Positions 26,705 through 27,330 of a stretch of DNA of 27,330 nt are shown piece after piece. Every line of letters begins with the position of its first letter. The stretch's first letter is position 1. The stretch is from Abditibacteriaceae bacterium (GTDB lineage: Bacteria; Armatimonadota; Abditibacteriia; Abditibacteriales; Abditibacteriaceae). A program made the position numbers and the translations under genes. The notes beneath the pieces are model-generated. The model searched no databases, had not been told where the DNA came from, and worked only from the letters and a program-made list of their open reading frames with translations. The stretch lies in NCBI GenBank assembly GCA_031425655.1, contig JANPJS010000268.1:1-27330 (forward strand). Direction: 5' to 3'.

Positions 26705-26709
26705 TTACA

Positions 26710-27165
26710 TTACAGTGCGGGCGGCTGGTTGAGCAGCAGCCAATAATAGCCTACCTGCCGCACCGACTCCATAAACTGCTCGAAGTCTACCGGCTTGACG
26801 ATGTAGCTGTTGACGCCTAATTTGTAGCTCTCCACGATGTCGCGCTCCTCGTGCGAAGAGGTCAGCACCACCACGGGGATTTCGCGCGCATGAGGGTCGC
26901 CTTTGATGCGCCGCAGCACTTCCAGCCCGTCCACTTTGGGCAGCTTCAGGTCGAGCAAGATGACCTTCGGGCCGTTGTGGACGTTGCGCCCGGCAAACGC
27001 GCCGGTGCAGAAGATGAATTCCAGCGCCTCGGCGCCGTCGCGCACCACCTGAATGTGATTGGCGAGATTGACTTTGCGCAGGGCGTGCAGCGCCAATTCC
27101 TCGTCGTCCGGGTTGTCTTCGACCAGCAAAATTTCGACGATGTGATCTTCAGTTTCTTCAGTCAT
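26710..27165 (-). CDS. Rcp1-like single-domain response regulator
   Basis: [45 protein letters not shown]-terminus typical of this subfamily. SD AAGGAG upstream. Confidence 0.92.
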   Translation of the reverse strand: MTEETEDHIVEILLVEDNPDDEELALHALRKVNLANHIQVVRDGAEALEFIFCTGAFAGRNVHNGPKVILLDLKLPKVDGLEVLRRIKGDPHAREIPVVVLTSSHEERDIVESYKLGVNSYIVKPVDFEQFMESVRQVGYYWLLLNQPPAL

Positions 27166-27186
27166 TGTGATTCTCCTTTAACCCGC

Positions 27187-27330
27187 CATTCCCGCGCCAC
27201 GCTCCGTCATTCCCGCGCCACGCTCCGTCATTCCCGCGCCACGCTCCGTCATTCCCGCGCCACGCTCCGTCATTCCCGCGCCACGCTCCGTCATTCCCGC
27301 GCCACGCTCCGTCATTCCCGCGAAGGCGGG
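27187..27330. repeat. Six perfect 21-bp tandem repeats CATTCCCGCGCCACGCTCCGT ending in a truncated CATTCCCGCGAAGGCGGG palindromic unit
   Basis: Copies start at 27187, 27208, 27229, 27250, 27271 and 27292, with no spacers. Runs off the window end. Confidence 0.93.

Noticed and set aside
27187..27330. Possible CRISPR array
   Set aside because: Units are contiguous and identical with no unique spacers, and there are no cas genes.

Overview
GC-rich bacterial chromosomal window (lineage not determinable from sequence alone). Left to right: a 5'-truncated FtsX/MacB-type ABC permease, a single-domain response regulator and an AttH/CrtC-like lipocalin-fold protein; then galT and galK with an AT-richer, translationally coupled two-gene insert between them (a JAB/MPN-like protein and a 69-aa ORF). 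Next is a tight five-gene minus-strand operon: two 'sulfatase-like' proteins with Thr instead of the formylglycine Cys/Ser, two PhyH-family Fe(II)/2OG dioxygenases and an acetate-kinase homologue with a remodelled active site. This operon is the best candidate for an undescribed pathway. A ~3100-aa cyclic beta-1,2-glucan synthase/phosphorylase (NdvB/Cgs) follows, and a convergent signalling cluster (Rcp1-like RR, hybrid REC-PAS-PAS kinase, REC-HD-GYP) ends the window. Most of the longer intergenic gaps carry small palindromic elements: tandem 7-, 9- and 15-mer inverted arms, GTAG-type REP pairs, MITE-like shells (two with TTA duplications) and a 21-mer array. Some are nested three deep, and some contribute coding sequence (a putative signal peptide, an in-frame loop insertion, stop codons).
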